A stretch of 64,000 bases of DNA from Mobula hypostoma (lineage: Eukaryota), in contig NC_086108.1 in NCBI RefSeq assembly GCF_963921235.1, forward strand, positions 64,110,001 to 64,174,000, in the 5' to 3' direction. Below are positions 1-11,059 of the stretch, in pieces. The notes under the pieces are model-generated. The model searched no databases. It was not told the origin of the DNA and saw only the letters and a program-made list of their open reading frames with translations. How positions within the stretch are numbered: position 1 is the first letter of the stretch; every line of letters starts with the position of its first letter. A program made the translations under genes and the position numbers.

Positions 1-431
1 TCTCTTCATGAAAGGTCCTACCCACCCTGCTCATAGACCGCTTGTTCCACTCCCATCAGGGAGAAGGCCACGTAGCATCCACTCCACAACCACCAGACTC
101 AAAAACAGTTACTTTTCCCAAGCACTATGGCTGATTAACACCTCCACCCACCAAACCAACCCTCCATGTCCCCAAGCATCACTACTTTATTATTTCCTGT
201 CAGTCACCTTATATATAGACACTCCTGGGCCAAGCATCACTTTATGGGCATACAATCAATCTACGTATGTAAGCTATCTTAAGAATTTATATTTATCGTA
301 CTTTTTATTATTATTGTTGTGTTCATTATCGTTTGTGCTTTTTGTGCTGCATCAGATCAGGAATAACAATTATTCCATTCTCCTTTACACTTGTGTACAG
401 AAAATGACATTAAACCATCTTGAATCTTGAA
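1..431 (+). mobile_element. Rex1/Babar-type LINE 3' end (RT C-terminus, 3'UTR, short repeat tail)
   Basis: Translation KGPTHPAHRPLVPLPSGRRPRSIHSTTTRLKNSYF matches the Rex1/Babar C-terminal motif (DPxHP...LPSGRR.RS...T.R..NSFFP). Ends in a TCTTGAATCTTGAA tail, the same tail as the minus copy at 28875. Confidence 0.8.
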
Positions 432-458
432 TTACCAGTACACAAATGGATGTGAATT

Positions 459-583
459 AAGTAACATGTGTGAGTACTACACATTTCAGGGAGTAACAAG
501 TGTGCATACTGCACATTTCAGGGAGTAAGTGTGCATACTGCACATTTCAGTGAGTAACAAGTGTGAGTACTGCACATTTCAGT
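459..583. repeat. Tandem repeat, 4 units of about 32 bp
   Basis: Units resembling GAGTAACAAGTGTGCATACTGCACATTTCAGG start at 459, 491, 523 (3-bp deletion) and 552. Confidence 0.9.
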
Positions 584-593
584 GCACAGCATC

Positions 594-1623
594 TGACTAG
601 TGGGGTACCGCAAGGCTCAGTGCTGGGACCCCAGTTGTTTACAATATATATTAATGACTTGGATGAGGGAATTAAATGCAGCATCTCCAAGTTTGCGGAT
701 GACACAAAGCTGGGTGGCAGTGTTAGCAGTGAGGAGGATGCTAAGAGGATGCAGGGTGACTTGGATAGGTTGGGTGAGTGGGCAAACTCATGGCAGATGC
801 AATTTAATGTGGATAAATGTGAAGTTATCCACTTTGGTGGCAAAAATAGGAAAACAGATTATTATCTGAATGGTGGCCGATTAGGAAAAGGGGAGGTGCA
901 ACGAGACCTGGGTGTCATTATACACCAGTCATTGAAAGTGGGCATGCAGGTACAGCAGGCGGTGAAAAAGGCGAACGGTATGCTGGCATTTATAGCGAGA
1001 GGATTCGAGTACAGGAGCAGGGAGGTACTACTGCAGTTGTACAAGGCCTTGGTGAGACCACACCTGGAGTATTGTGTGCAGTTTTGGTCCCCTAATCTGA
1101 GGAAAGACATCTTTGCCATAGAGGGAGTACAAAGAAGGTTCACCAGATTGATTCCTGGGATGGCAGGTCTTTCATATGAAGAAAGACTGGATGAACTGGG
1201 CTTGTACTCATTGGAATTTAGAAGATTGAGGGGGGATCTGATTGAAACGTATAAGATCCTAAAGGGATTGGACAGGCTAGATGCAGGAAGATTGTTCCCG
1301 ATGTTGGGGAGGTCTAGAACGAGGGGTCACAGTTTGAGGATAGAGGGGAAGCCTTTTAGGACCGAGGTTAGGAAAAACTTCTTCACACAGAGAGTGGTGA
1401 ATCTGTGGAATTCTCTGCCACAGCAAACTGTTGAGGCCAGTTCATTAGCTATGTTTAAAAGGAAGTTAGATATGGCCCTTGTGGCTACAGGGGTCAGGGG
1501 GTATGGAGGGAAGGCTGGGTTCTGAGTTGGATGATCAGCCATGATCATAATAAATGGCGGTGCAGGCTCGAAGGGCCGAATGGCCTACTCCTGCACCTAT
1601 TTTCTATGTTTCTATGTTTCTAT
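594..1623 (+). mobile_element. Young 5'-truncated CR1 LINE with an uninterrupted RT C-terminal frame
   Basis: ORF to 1525 contains SGVPQGSVLGP, KFADDTKLGG, LVRPHLEYCVQFWSP and FFTQRVVNLWNSLP with no stops. Followed by a 3'UTR and (TTCTATGT)n tail at about 1600-1623. Confidence 0.97.
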
Positions 1624-1936
1624 ATCAACATAACAAAGTAATGCAAATCTACAGTAAAATTTGGATTATTCCTTATGCTTTTGCAAAAATACAGTGTCAT
1701 AATATAACCAACCGAAAAAGAAGAGATCTAAAAAAGAAGAAAACTAAAAAGGAAGTAAAGTGAGAAGATAATCTTGCTTTATTAAATCAGTATTGTTTCA
1801 GGAAGAAGGAAAACAAACAAGTATAGGCCAGACAGTTCAAAATTCATTGTTAACAAATTAGTAGAGATAATGATTAAGGAAAAAGCGATTGAACAGATTG
1901 ATGTTTTTCAGTTGATCAGTGAGGATGTGTATAGAC

Positions 1937-2796
1937 TGTTACGTACCCTGTAACTGGGTTGCCAAACCAGCAGAAATGGACCAATTAGTTGGAGTCTGGA
2001 TTACTGGAACTAAGAAAGTTTTATTAAAGAAATAAGTAACACAGTACTCTAAACGTAAGGATATAAATGCAACGGATTAGCAATGATAAAACACACATAT
2101 ACACAGAACTGGGATAATAGGATCAATCAAGCTCTATCGCAGTCTAGGGGTAAAATGATCAGTCTCAAGTGACACAGAGTTCAGTTCAGTTTAGTTCAGT
2201 TCACAGTAATCGCTGTTGTGCCATTGGGGGGAGAGAGAGAGAGAGAGAGAGAGAGAGCGAATGATGATATTCAAATCGGATTCAAACAGACCTTTGATAT
2301 TCCTCGCAGTCAGCTTTCGGGCGAGCCCTTTGTAATGTCTTCTGAGGTCACCGACTGTGACCCCTTCGTTCCAGATACAATCGTTCTTCTGCGGTGGACC
2401 CAGCACCCAGGCAAGGGCGGACACACACACCAGATTCCCGCCGATCGTACCTTTTCACCCTGTGAGTCTATGGTCGGTCCTGCGACCAGACCTCCAAAAA
2501 CTCCCACCAACTTGTGGGGGGGGGCATAATGCACTTCCAGGGTCTCGTTATCTCGTGGTGTCGTGGTGTGGTCGCTTGCCTTAGCGAATCTGTTCCTTTT
2601 ATCCCCCTGCTGGGGTATCGCCTGTCCATCAAACTTCAAACAGTTCAGGTTCAAAGCAACCGGTCTGAGAATACTCAGAACTGTGTCTCTTTTCGTTAAT
2701 CTCTCTCATCTCTCATTTATTAGCATTCTGAATGTTTCCCCATTGTCTCTCTCTTACCTCTCTTATCGGCATCAATCTTCTGATAACTTGGTCACA
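1937..2796 (-). mobile_element. Solo LTR (Gypsy-like)
   Basis: Starts TGTTAC and ends GTCACA, flanked by a 4-bp direct repeat AGAC (1933-1936, 2797-2800). AATAAA lies on the minus strand near 2021. Internal (GA)n and (CAGTT)n tracts, no coding content. Confidence 0.88.
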
Positions 2797-3006
2797 AGAC
2801 TTATAAAGATTAGGCCATGCTCAACAAAATAGCTTCTTTTAAAGGGAATGTATGAGTGAAGGAAGTAAAGAAATATCCCACTGGATTCTGAACTCTTTAC
2901 ACACTACTAGAAATTATGATCTACTTAGAGAAGCCAATAATGTGTATAAAATAAGCAGAAAGTACTTGCTGTTATGCAAGAGGAAAAATATCAGCAAAAT
3001 ACTGAG

Positions 3007-3520
3007 GATGGGCAAGGGGTATAGTCAGAGGGACAGAGGGAGAAAAAGGAAAGTGAGAGAAAGAATGTGTGTATAAAAATAAATAACGGATGGGGTACGA
3101 GGGGGAGGTGGGGCATTAGCGGAAGTTAGAGAAGTCGATGTTCATGCCATCAGTTTGGAAGCTACCCAGACGGAATATAAGGTACCCCTCGCCTATCCTC
3201 TGGGTTTCCCCCACCTCCCTTTGCTTTCTCCCCAGACCTCCTGTCCCATGACCCTCTCATATCCCCTTTGCCAATCACCTGTCCAGCTCTCGGCTCCATC
3301 CCTCCCCCTCCTGTCTTCTCCTATCATTTTGCATCTCCCCCTCCCCCTCCCACTTTCAAATCTCTTACTCACTCTTCCTTCAGTTAGTCCTGACGAAGGG
3401 TCTCGGCCTGAAACGTCGACTGCACCTCTTCCTAGAGATGCTGCCTGGCCTGCTGCGTTCACCAGCAACTTTGATGTGTGTTGCTTGAATTTCCAGCATC
3501 TGCAGAATTCCTGTTTGCGT
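3007..3520 (+). mobile_element. Penelope-like element fragment with inverted 5' part
   Basis: 14-bp TSD AGCAAAATACTGAG (2993-3006, 3521-3534). The minus strand of about 3117-3183 encodes LIFRLGSFQTDGMNIDFSNFR*, a GIY-YIG C-terminus. 3184-3520 is the plus-strand 3'UTR/pseudo-LTR. Confidence 0.85.
3385..3422 (+). ncRNA. Putative minimal type I hammerhead ribozyme (Penelope-associated)
   Basis: TAGTC-CTGACGA-AGGGTCTCGGCCT-GAAA-CG-TC-GACTG: CUGANGA and GAAA core boxes, a helix II hairpin, a GUC triplet, and helix I AGTC/GACT. Confidence 0.65.
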
Positions 3521-3579
3521 AGCAAAATACTGAGATTTGATATGATTGAAGCAACTAAGCCACTGTTTAAGGAGAACAA

Positions 3580-4330
3580 CAGTCATGGGCTGTACAGCAC
3601 AGAAATAAGCCACCATGTCCGTGCCGATGGTTTTAACCATTTAAAATATTCCCATTTGCTCGGAATAGAACTGTATCATTGTACACCTTGTGCAGTTAAG
3701 TGCCTAAATGTATCGCAAATGGAATAATTGTATCTGATTCTACCTTCTCCTCTGGTAGCACATTCAAGCTATCAATCACTCTCGATGTAAAAAACACGAC
3801 ACCTCAGATTCCCTTTAAAGATCCATCCTTTCATCTTAACTCTTGTTTACCACATCATGGAAAAAACATATCTACCCTATTTCTGCCTATCAGGTCACCT
3901 CCTCAGCCTCCTTCGCTCAAAGAAAATAAATCCACTTTATCCAATCTCTCCCCATAACCAAAGTCCTCCATTCCAAACAACATCATGGTAAATCTCATCT
4001 GCACTCCCTCCAGCACAGCTGCGTCCTTACTAAAGAGTGCTGAGCAAAAATAGCATAATATTCCAGTTTAAGCTTAAACCCACCACCCCTTTTGGGGCTA
4101 GGCTGCTGACAGCAGCTCGCCAGAGGCTTCAGTCCTTGGCCAGTCATTCAAGTTATCCCAGGTGTAGCCTTCCTCTCCCATGAATGAGGTCTTTGGAGCT
4201 TCTGTTGCCATTTCTGTAGCTCTGGGTTTTTACGGGATGGGGTTGCTAGCCCCATGCCCAATCCTCCTTCTTTTGCACCTGGACATGAGACTATGCATAG
4301 TGGAAATAATATTTCAAGTGTGGCCTAAAT
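3580..4330 (-). mobile_element. Old degenerate CR1 3' region, interrupted by an RTE-derived insert
   Basis: Recognisable minus-strand CR1 motifs TACAGCACAGAAATAAGCC, GATTCCCTTTAAA, ATCCAATCTCTCCCCATAAC and GGTAAATCTCATCTGCACTCCCTCCAG. Confidence 0.65.
4068..4305 (-). mobile_element. Short non-autonomous RTE-related retroposon
   Basis: Contains ACGGGATGGGGTTGCTAGCCCCATGCCCAA, an RTE 5'-type motif. Flanked by a near-duplication of host CR1 sequence (ATAATATTCCAG / ATAATATTTCAAG). Confidence 0.5.
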
Positions 4331-4814
4331 AGTTTTTCCAGAAGAAGCAGTGATTCACTTCTATTTGTTCCAATCTAGTATACTGCATTTAGTGTCCACA
4401 AGATTTGAGAAACCCTACACAGATTGAGTAATAACTTTGGGGAACACCAATTGTACATGCAGTCCATATTATCCTATTAAAGTCATCCGTCTCCCCTACT
4501 CTCCCTGCAGTTTTAAAACATTCTTTGTCACCATTTCAGTTCTAATGAAGGATCTCCAACTTGAAATGTTGAATCCACATGTCTTCCCATGAAGGTGGCC
4601 TGATCTGCTGAGCATTTCAATTACTTTTTGTTTCTGTTTTAGCCTAACTGATGTTTGTCATAATAAGACCATCATATGGCAAATATAAATATTATCAGTA
4701 TTATTATCTGACCCATATATTTTGAAGTTTGATTGCCTAGGAAGTGCAGATGTAAATACCTCTAGGCAGAAATATGTTTTCCTCATTATCATTTACTGTT
4801 AGAAACTGAGCATT

Positions 4815-5420
4815 ATCAGAATCAGAATCAGGTTTAGTATCACTGGCATGTGAGGTTAAATTTGTTGCTTTGTGGCAGCATTATATTGCAATATTTAGAT
4901 TTAGATTAGATTATAAGGACACTCAGTCCCCGTTTATTGTCATTTAGAAATGCATGCATGCATTATATAATTATAGACTAATAATTTAAAAATATATAAA
5001 TAACAATAAGTATATAAAATATTAAATTGAATAAGAAGTGCAAAAAGAGAGCAAGAAAAAAACAGTGGGGTGGTGTTCATTGTTCTTTCAGTAACCTGAT
5101 GGTGGGGGGGGGGGGAAGAAGCTGTTCCTGAAACATCGAGTGTGTGCCTTCAGGCTCCTGTACCTCCTCCTTGAAGGTAACAGTGAGAAGAAGGCATGTC
5201 CTGGGTAATGGGGGTCCTTAATGATGGATATCACTTTTTTGATACACTGCATTTTGAAGCTGTCCTCAGTGCTGAGGAGGCTGGTGCCCATGATAGAGCT
5301 GGCTGAGTTTACAATTTACTGCATCTTCTTTCCAATCCTGTGCAGTGGCCCCTTTATACTGTACTAGAGGGAGATGCGACCATAGAATTCCCTCCATGAT
5401 ACATCTGTAGAGAACATTGC
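4815..5420 (-). mobile_element. Rex1/Babar LINE 3' end, with a second retroposon tail nested at about 4895-4965
   Basis: ORF 5088-5291 reads IIKDPHYPGHAFFSLLPSRRRYRSLKAHTRCFRNSFFP. (ATCAGA)n tail at 4815. The nested (TTAGA)n-tailed piece matches 21603 and 24680-24739. Confidence 0.85.
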
Positions 5421-6477
5421 ATTAGTAGTGAACTAGTACAGATTTCTGGTTTAAAGAAACATTGCATCAATAGTACAGTAGCTTCCAATTATTTAAATTG
5501 ACTCTATGAAGTAAAACAATTTTGACCACAGTGCCGTGTTTATGTGTTTAGAAAGGGCATTTCTTCCTGGAAGAAATAACGAGGGGATTAGATGATAAAG
5601 ATCAACACTAATGAGATGAGGAACTAGTCCTAAAGCACATTAAATTACCATATTTTCACATAATTAGTTTGTTCTCCACTTGAAATCAGAAAGTGGTTTG
5701 ACGTTGCAGTCAATGCCTCCGGTTGATGGTTCAGTAGGACTCTCTTGCTAGTGTTTCATCTGTTGAATAATTAGAGAGAATAATCTGTCTGAATCAGATT
5801 TCTATTTGCTGTAAACATCATTCAGCTCATGAATACTGAATGTAACAAACAAGCAAATTAAACCAAAATAAAACAAAACTAAGTGTCTAGAGAAATCAGG
5901 TGACTCCTCACAACATTTATTTAATCAGCATCTTCCCACCACAGGAGAGAATGCAAATTTTAGCATACATTATCAGTAATGAGTATTTAAAAAGAATATA
6001 ATCAATTATGCGATTATGCTATACCTGCTCAGAGAAATAATCATTGCCTGGAGAATCCATTCAAAAAGCTTTTTCATAAAGAAATGTGTATATAGGCACT
6101 GGATTCCACAGTGTAGATTCCATTGTGTAGTTAAAGAAACAAATTGTATGGTCTTGACAAAGCATAAATTTAACCCTCATGTGCACAGATCAGAAAAATA
6201 CAATCTGTGAAGTTAAATGATTTCAATTCGTGCAGATTTGATTGCTGTTGTCTTCCTTTATTTATTCAAGAGGTGTGGATGTTGTTTGCACCCCATCACT
6301 TCCTGAAGGACATGGTGAACTAGATAGCTATAACAAAAATTAATGGTTTCATGGTTACCATCACTTGGAATAGGGTGTAAACGTCCATATTTGCATATAA
6401 TTACTTGTTTAAGTTTCTCCAGTGATGTGGTGAGATTTGACCTCATGTATGTGTATCAACCACATACTTTATCCAAG

Positions 6478-6985
6478 GCAACACACAGAAAATGCTGGAG
6501 GAACTGAGGAGGTCAGCCAGCATCCATGGAAATGAATAAACAGGCAACATTTCAGGTCGAGACCCTTCATCATGAGCCTTTCAACTCTCCCCTAATGCTT
6601 CCCATTATCACCTTCTCCTTACAGCAGATTTCATCACCATAATCTTGTGTTCCTGTTTATCAGCCTCAGAAGCTACCATCTTTATTATTTCCTCCCTACT
6701 TGCACCATCTGCCTAATTTCTTTGACTTTCCATCCATAATCCACCACCCTTTCCCACTAGCTGGCTTGATCTGCTTGTCATCCTCCACCATTTCCCAGTC
6801 CGCTAATCACATCTGTTCTGTCTTACCACTCACTCTCTCCTCCAAATTCTGGCTATCTTCCCTCTCCACACTTTAATACAGAGCTTGAACCCGAAATATT
6901 GACAACTCCTCCTCCCCTCCTCCCCCCACTTCCATGGATGCTGCTCAACCCAGAGATGAATCTGTAGATTATTTCTTGCTGAATG
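6478..6985. mobile_element. Degenerate Penelope-like pseudo-LTR fragments in both orientations
   Basis: GCAACACACAGAAAATGCTGGAGGAACT...GACCCTTCATCA on the minus strand, followed by a pyrimidine-rich tract ending CCCGAAATATTGAC...TTCCATGGATGCTGC on the plus strand. Confidence 0.6.
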
Positions 6986-7056
6986 TTCTTTATAACAAAA
7001 AAGTGAATTATATTAGAAAATGGAGAAAAATGATTGAACAAAAAAATACCTGAAAA

Positions 7057-7230
7057 CTTTTAAGCAACGCACATAAAAATTGCTGATGAACGCAGCAGGC
7101 CAGGCAGCATCTATAGGAAGAGGTACAGTCGACGTTTCGGCCCGAGACCCTTCATCTTCCTGAGAAATGCATGCTGCTGTAATGACCATTCCATCGCTAA
7201 TTCATTCTTGCTCAAGTTTTCTTTCTTTTT
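7057..7230 (-). mobile_element. Penelope pseudo-LTR fragment plus unrelated filler between 12-bp direct repeats
   Basis: AATACCTGAAAA at 7045-7056 and 7231-7242. 7062-7155 matches the reverse complement of about 3393-3487. Confidence 0.7.
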
Positions 7231-7289
7231 AATACCTGAAAAACAAAGAACATAGAACAGTACAGCACATAATTCACTCAGGTTTGCTG

Positions 7290-7685
7290 ATTGAGTGTTA
7301 AAGGCAGCAACTCACGGTAGTTTTTTGAAACTTTGAGCAGTGGCCAATCAGCGCTTGGGATTGATTAGTAACAACATATTAAAGTAAGGCAGGGAGATCG
7401 GCATTGCAGTGGCCATTGATAGAGTGGACAGAGTTCTGAAGTTTTATCACTTCGAGGCTTCAGCAAGGAAGGCTTCAGTCAGAGAAGGAAAAATACCTAT
7501 AGATAGAGTTTTTATTCCCCCCGTCTTTAGAGTTGCTCAGTTACAACAATAGAGATGCTATGCAGGATAGTGGAATGGTCCTCTTGTGGGATGTGGGAAG
7601 GCAGGGAGACCTCCAGTATCCTTGATGACTACACCTGCACAAGGTGTATCCAGCTGTAGCTTCTAATAATCCACATTAAGGGCAA
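7290..7685 (+). mobile_element. CR1 5' region (5'UTR and ORF1 zinc-finger start)
   Basis: From 7555: MLCRIVEWSSCGMWEGRETSSILDDYTCTRCIQL*LL, homologous to ORF1 at 36429-36656. Confidence 0.8.
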
Positions 7686-7989
7686 GGGACAGGTGACAGA
7701 AAAGGAGTTCCGGAGCGGAGGAGCTGTGTGAGTGCAGACATACCAAGCCTTGAGACAGCAGGCAAGGTCATTTGATTTCAAACAATTGGTTTATTGATTA
7801 TTACAGAACGATTCTCTAGGGCTTCCCACTCCCTCCCGCCTTCCTCCTTTTCCCAAACATGATTCCCCACTTACTGCCTCCTTTTCACACCGATTTTTTT
7901 TTGCAGTGGCAGTACAGTGTAATACGTAAAATCACTACAGAACTGTGTAAATATCTTAAGCACCCTAGCCATATATATATATATATATA

Positions 7990-9445
7990 TGTATGTGCCT
8001 ATGCCATCTACACAGCACTGTATCAGTACTCTTTGCAGTTGGTCTTTAAACACCCTCCTCATATCAGATATGGACTTGCCCAAAAATAGCTGTTCCCAAT
8101 TTACACTCCCTAGTTCCTGCCTAATGCTCTCGTAATTTGCCTTGTTCCTATTTAATACGCTCCTGCAAGTTCCACAATTTATCCCGAGCAACACACTCAA
8201 GATGCTGGAGAAACTCAGCAGGTCAGATAGCACCCAGGGAAATGAATAAATAGTCAACATTTCAGGATAAGACCCTTCCTCAAGACTGGAGTGGAAGGGG
8301 GAGGACTCTAGAATGAAAAGGTGGCGAGAGGGGAAGGAGGACTTGCTAGAAGGTGATAGGAGAAGCCAGGTGCGTGAGAAAGGTAAAGGGCTGGAGAATA
8401 AAGAACCTGATAGGAGAGGAGAGTGGACCATAGGAGAAAGAGAAGGAGGAGGGGCACCAGGAGAAGGTTATAGGCAGGTGAGGAGAAGAGAAAAGAGGCC
8501 AGAGTGGGAAAAAGAAGAGAGAAGGGTGATGAAAAAAATTACCAGAAGGAGAAATTGATGTTCATGCCATTAGGTTGGAGGCTACCTAAATGGAGTATGA
8601 GGTGTTGCTCCTCCAACCTGAGGGTGCAGAAGAGGAGGCCACAGACCAACATATCGGAACGGAAATGGGAATAGGGATTAAAATGGTTGGCCACCGGAAA
8701 ATGCTGCTTTTGGTAGATGGAGTGGACGTGCTCGACAAGGCGGTCCCCCAATTTACGTCGAGTCACACTAAAGTAGAGAAGGCGACACCAGGAGCTCCAG
8801 ATATCTCTTCTCCTCACCTGTTCACCTCCTTCTGGTGCCCCTCCCTTCTGCATTTTTCCCATGATCAGCTCTCCTGTCATATCACATACATTTTGCTCCA
8901 TCCCTTTATCTTTCCCACCAACCTGGCTTCATTGGTCACTTTTTAGCTAGTCCTCCTTCCCCAACCCCCACTTTTAAATTCTAGCATCTTCCCCCGTCCT
9001 TTCCGGCCCTGAAGGAAGATGTCAGCCTGAAACATCAACTGTTTATTCATCTTCAAAGTTGCTGTCTGACCTGCTGAGTTACTCCAGCATTTTTTCTTTG
9101 TTGCTCCAGATTTCCAGCATCAGTAGAATCTCTTGTGTTTATCCATACTAAGCTATCTTAAAACTTATGAAGTTGTGGTCACTGTTCCCCTTTACACCCA
9201 ATAAATGGTCAGTCACCAGGCCAGGATCATCGCCCAACACCAGGTCCAGTACAGCCATTTCTCTTGTTGGACTATCTACATATTGATTTAAGAAATCCTC
9301 CTGGATGCACCTAACAAATTCTGCCCTATCTAAACCTCTTGCACTTAGAAAGTTCCAATTTATATGAGGGAATTTGAAGTGCCCCATGTCAACAACCCTA
9401 TTGTTTTTACACCTGTCCTTAATCTGATCACATATCCGTTTGCAC
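7990..9445 (-). mobile_element. CR1 endonuclease-region fragment split by a Penelope insertion
   Basis: ORFs read MGHFKFPHINW...QYVDSPTREMAVLDLVLG...GNSDHNFISF and RSVLNRNKANYESIRQELGSVNWEQLF. Confidence 0.85.
8185..9137. mobile_element. Penelope-like element with inverted pseudo-LTR arms and GIY-YIG C-terminus
   Basis: The minus ORF reads TRRKLGDRLVEHVHSI...PVANHFN...LRLEEQHLILHLGSLQPNGMNINFS. About 8185-8800 is minus and 8800-9137 is plus. TTTATCC is duplicated at 8178-8184 and 9138-9144. Confidence 0.88.
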
Positions 9446-10844
9446 AGTGGGAATGTGGAACCAGCAATGTATAGCATGGGCTTCCTCCAAAAATGGCCAT
9501 CCAATGCAAAATTGGTTATGTTAGATGCAGCAGATGAAAATCATGAAAACATTGCAGTTCACTGTAATGTGCAGAGATGTTGATATGTAAATATGCTAAT
9601 GAGTTATGAAATGTCAAATTTGCATACTTAACTGCTCTGCACTGTTCTTTTACCTTAGAGCAAAGTAACATATTCGTGACCACTGAAGAACTTCTGAAGA
9701 AAGGCCTTGCATACATAAGGATGGCTATGTCACAAAAATTTATTTTATAATTACTTGAAAAAACAGGGAATGATCAGAGCTGTCAGTAAGCTATCTTGAA
9801 CCTGATCTGATTTGACAAATGATGTTGGTTTTGAAAGGGTCAGTAGTTGTTAAGGCTCTTATGGATAAATAATGCCTGGCAGCACAACTGAGATCTGAAT
9901 ACTTAAACAGTTCTTTATGTAAATTCGGCCTCTACCTGTCACTATCTTTTTTATAACCTGAGACCTTATGAACAAGTATAAGGTCATCATATAATTTAAT
10001 TGGGAAACTCAAATAATGAAGAGATTTGCAGGGTCTAATCTGCAGTATGGAGAAACAACATTCTAAACTGCAGTTATCTGCCTTTACAACAAAAATAACA
10101 AACTGGGTGCCCAAGGCTTAATTCAGACATGTCACGGTTGTTAAACACTATGTAATGAATACCAAGATTTATTAATTGCATACAATTGAAAGACAGGACT
10201 CACTTGAAAGAAATACTGTAGAAACTTGAGACTGGGTAGTTTTGTTGTTAATCATCTAAAATACTTTCGATTCTTTTTGGAATCTAATGTGAATAGGACA
10301 ATGGAAGTGATATTATTTTCTCCTCACTACCAAATGCCTTGCTTTTATCACACCACTACAGACATGAAAAAGACAAATTAGAATTAATTTGACAGTATCT
10401 TTCCAGTTTTCCACATTCTCATTGGTATGCTTCCTCGAATGGTTAATAAAAGACATTCCAAAGAAGGACATCTGGATTTGTATCATTTTAACAGAGTATA
10501 ATTTTCCAATATACTTTTAAACCATTGTAAATGGTCTTTTTTTTACCAAAAATAATCTATGTGTATCCATCCATTTTCTATCTAAGTTTTTAAAAAGATT
10601 GGACAAAAAGATTGTGCTGTAGTGAGCCTGAGAAGCTCTGTGAGTCTCAGGGGTAGATTTTGTCTATGCAGTCATGGGTAATTTACACTTTTGTTGTGTA
10701 AGAGGATAAATGCAACTGAACAGATCTCTAATATTTATAATCTTGTCCTTCCCATCACACTGTCATACTGATCGTTGATGATTTCTGATTTTCCGATATC
10801 TGAGCTTTAAATTTCTCATTTGCAGACTTAATTTCTCATTTACG

Positions 10845-11030
10845 TCCTTACACATCTGGAGAAGAAGGATGCTGATGTGAGAATGCAGTTCGGACTGCAG
10901 TTCAGCATTCAACATTATAGTTCCATCCAGGCTCGACAAAAAGCTCAGAGACCTCCGCCTTTACCCTAGCTTGTGCAGCTGGATCCTGGGCTTCTTGTCA
11001 GATCGCCAGCAGGTTGTAAGAGTGGGCTCC
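10845..11030 (+). mobile_element. Rex1/Babar RT internal fragment
   Basis: LTHLEKKDADVRMQF..SSAFNIIVPSRLDKKLRDL..YPSLCSWILGFLSDRQQVVRVG, with one frameshift. Confidence 0.8.
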
Positions 11031-11059
11031 AACAAAAACAAATTGAGAAAATTGCCAGG

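Noticed and set aside
459..583. CRISPR-like array of palindromic repeats
   Set aside because: The units are contiguous with no unique spacers, there are no cas genes, and the context is vertebrate.
563..1525. 320-aa ORF as a host gene
   Set aside because: It is a 5'-truncated CR1 ORF2. The start is a GTG inside the adjacent tandem repeat.
3155..3727. 190-aa ORF and similar PETST.PLPRDAAWPAAFTSNFDVCC ORFs at 33364-33771
   Set aside because: These are chance read-throughs of the non-coding Penelope pseudo-LTR.
9654..9725. Possible minus-strand exon ending in AAG|GTAAAG
   Set aside because: Weak acceptor and no recognisable protein in any frame.
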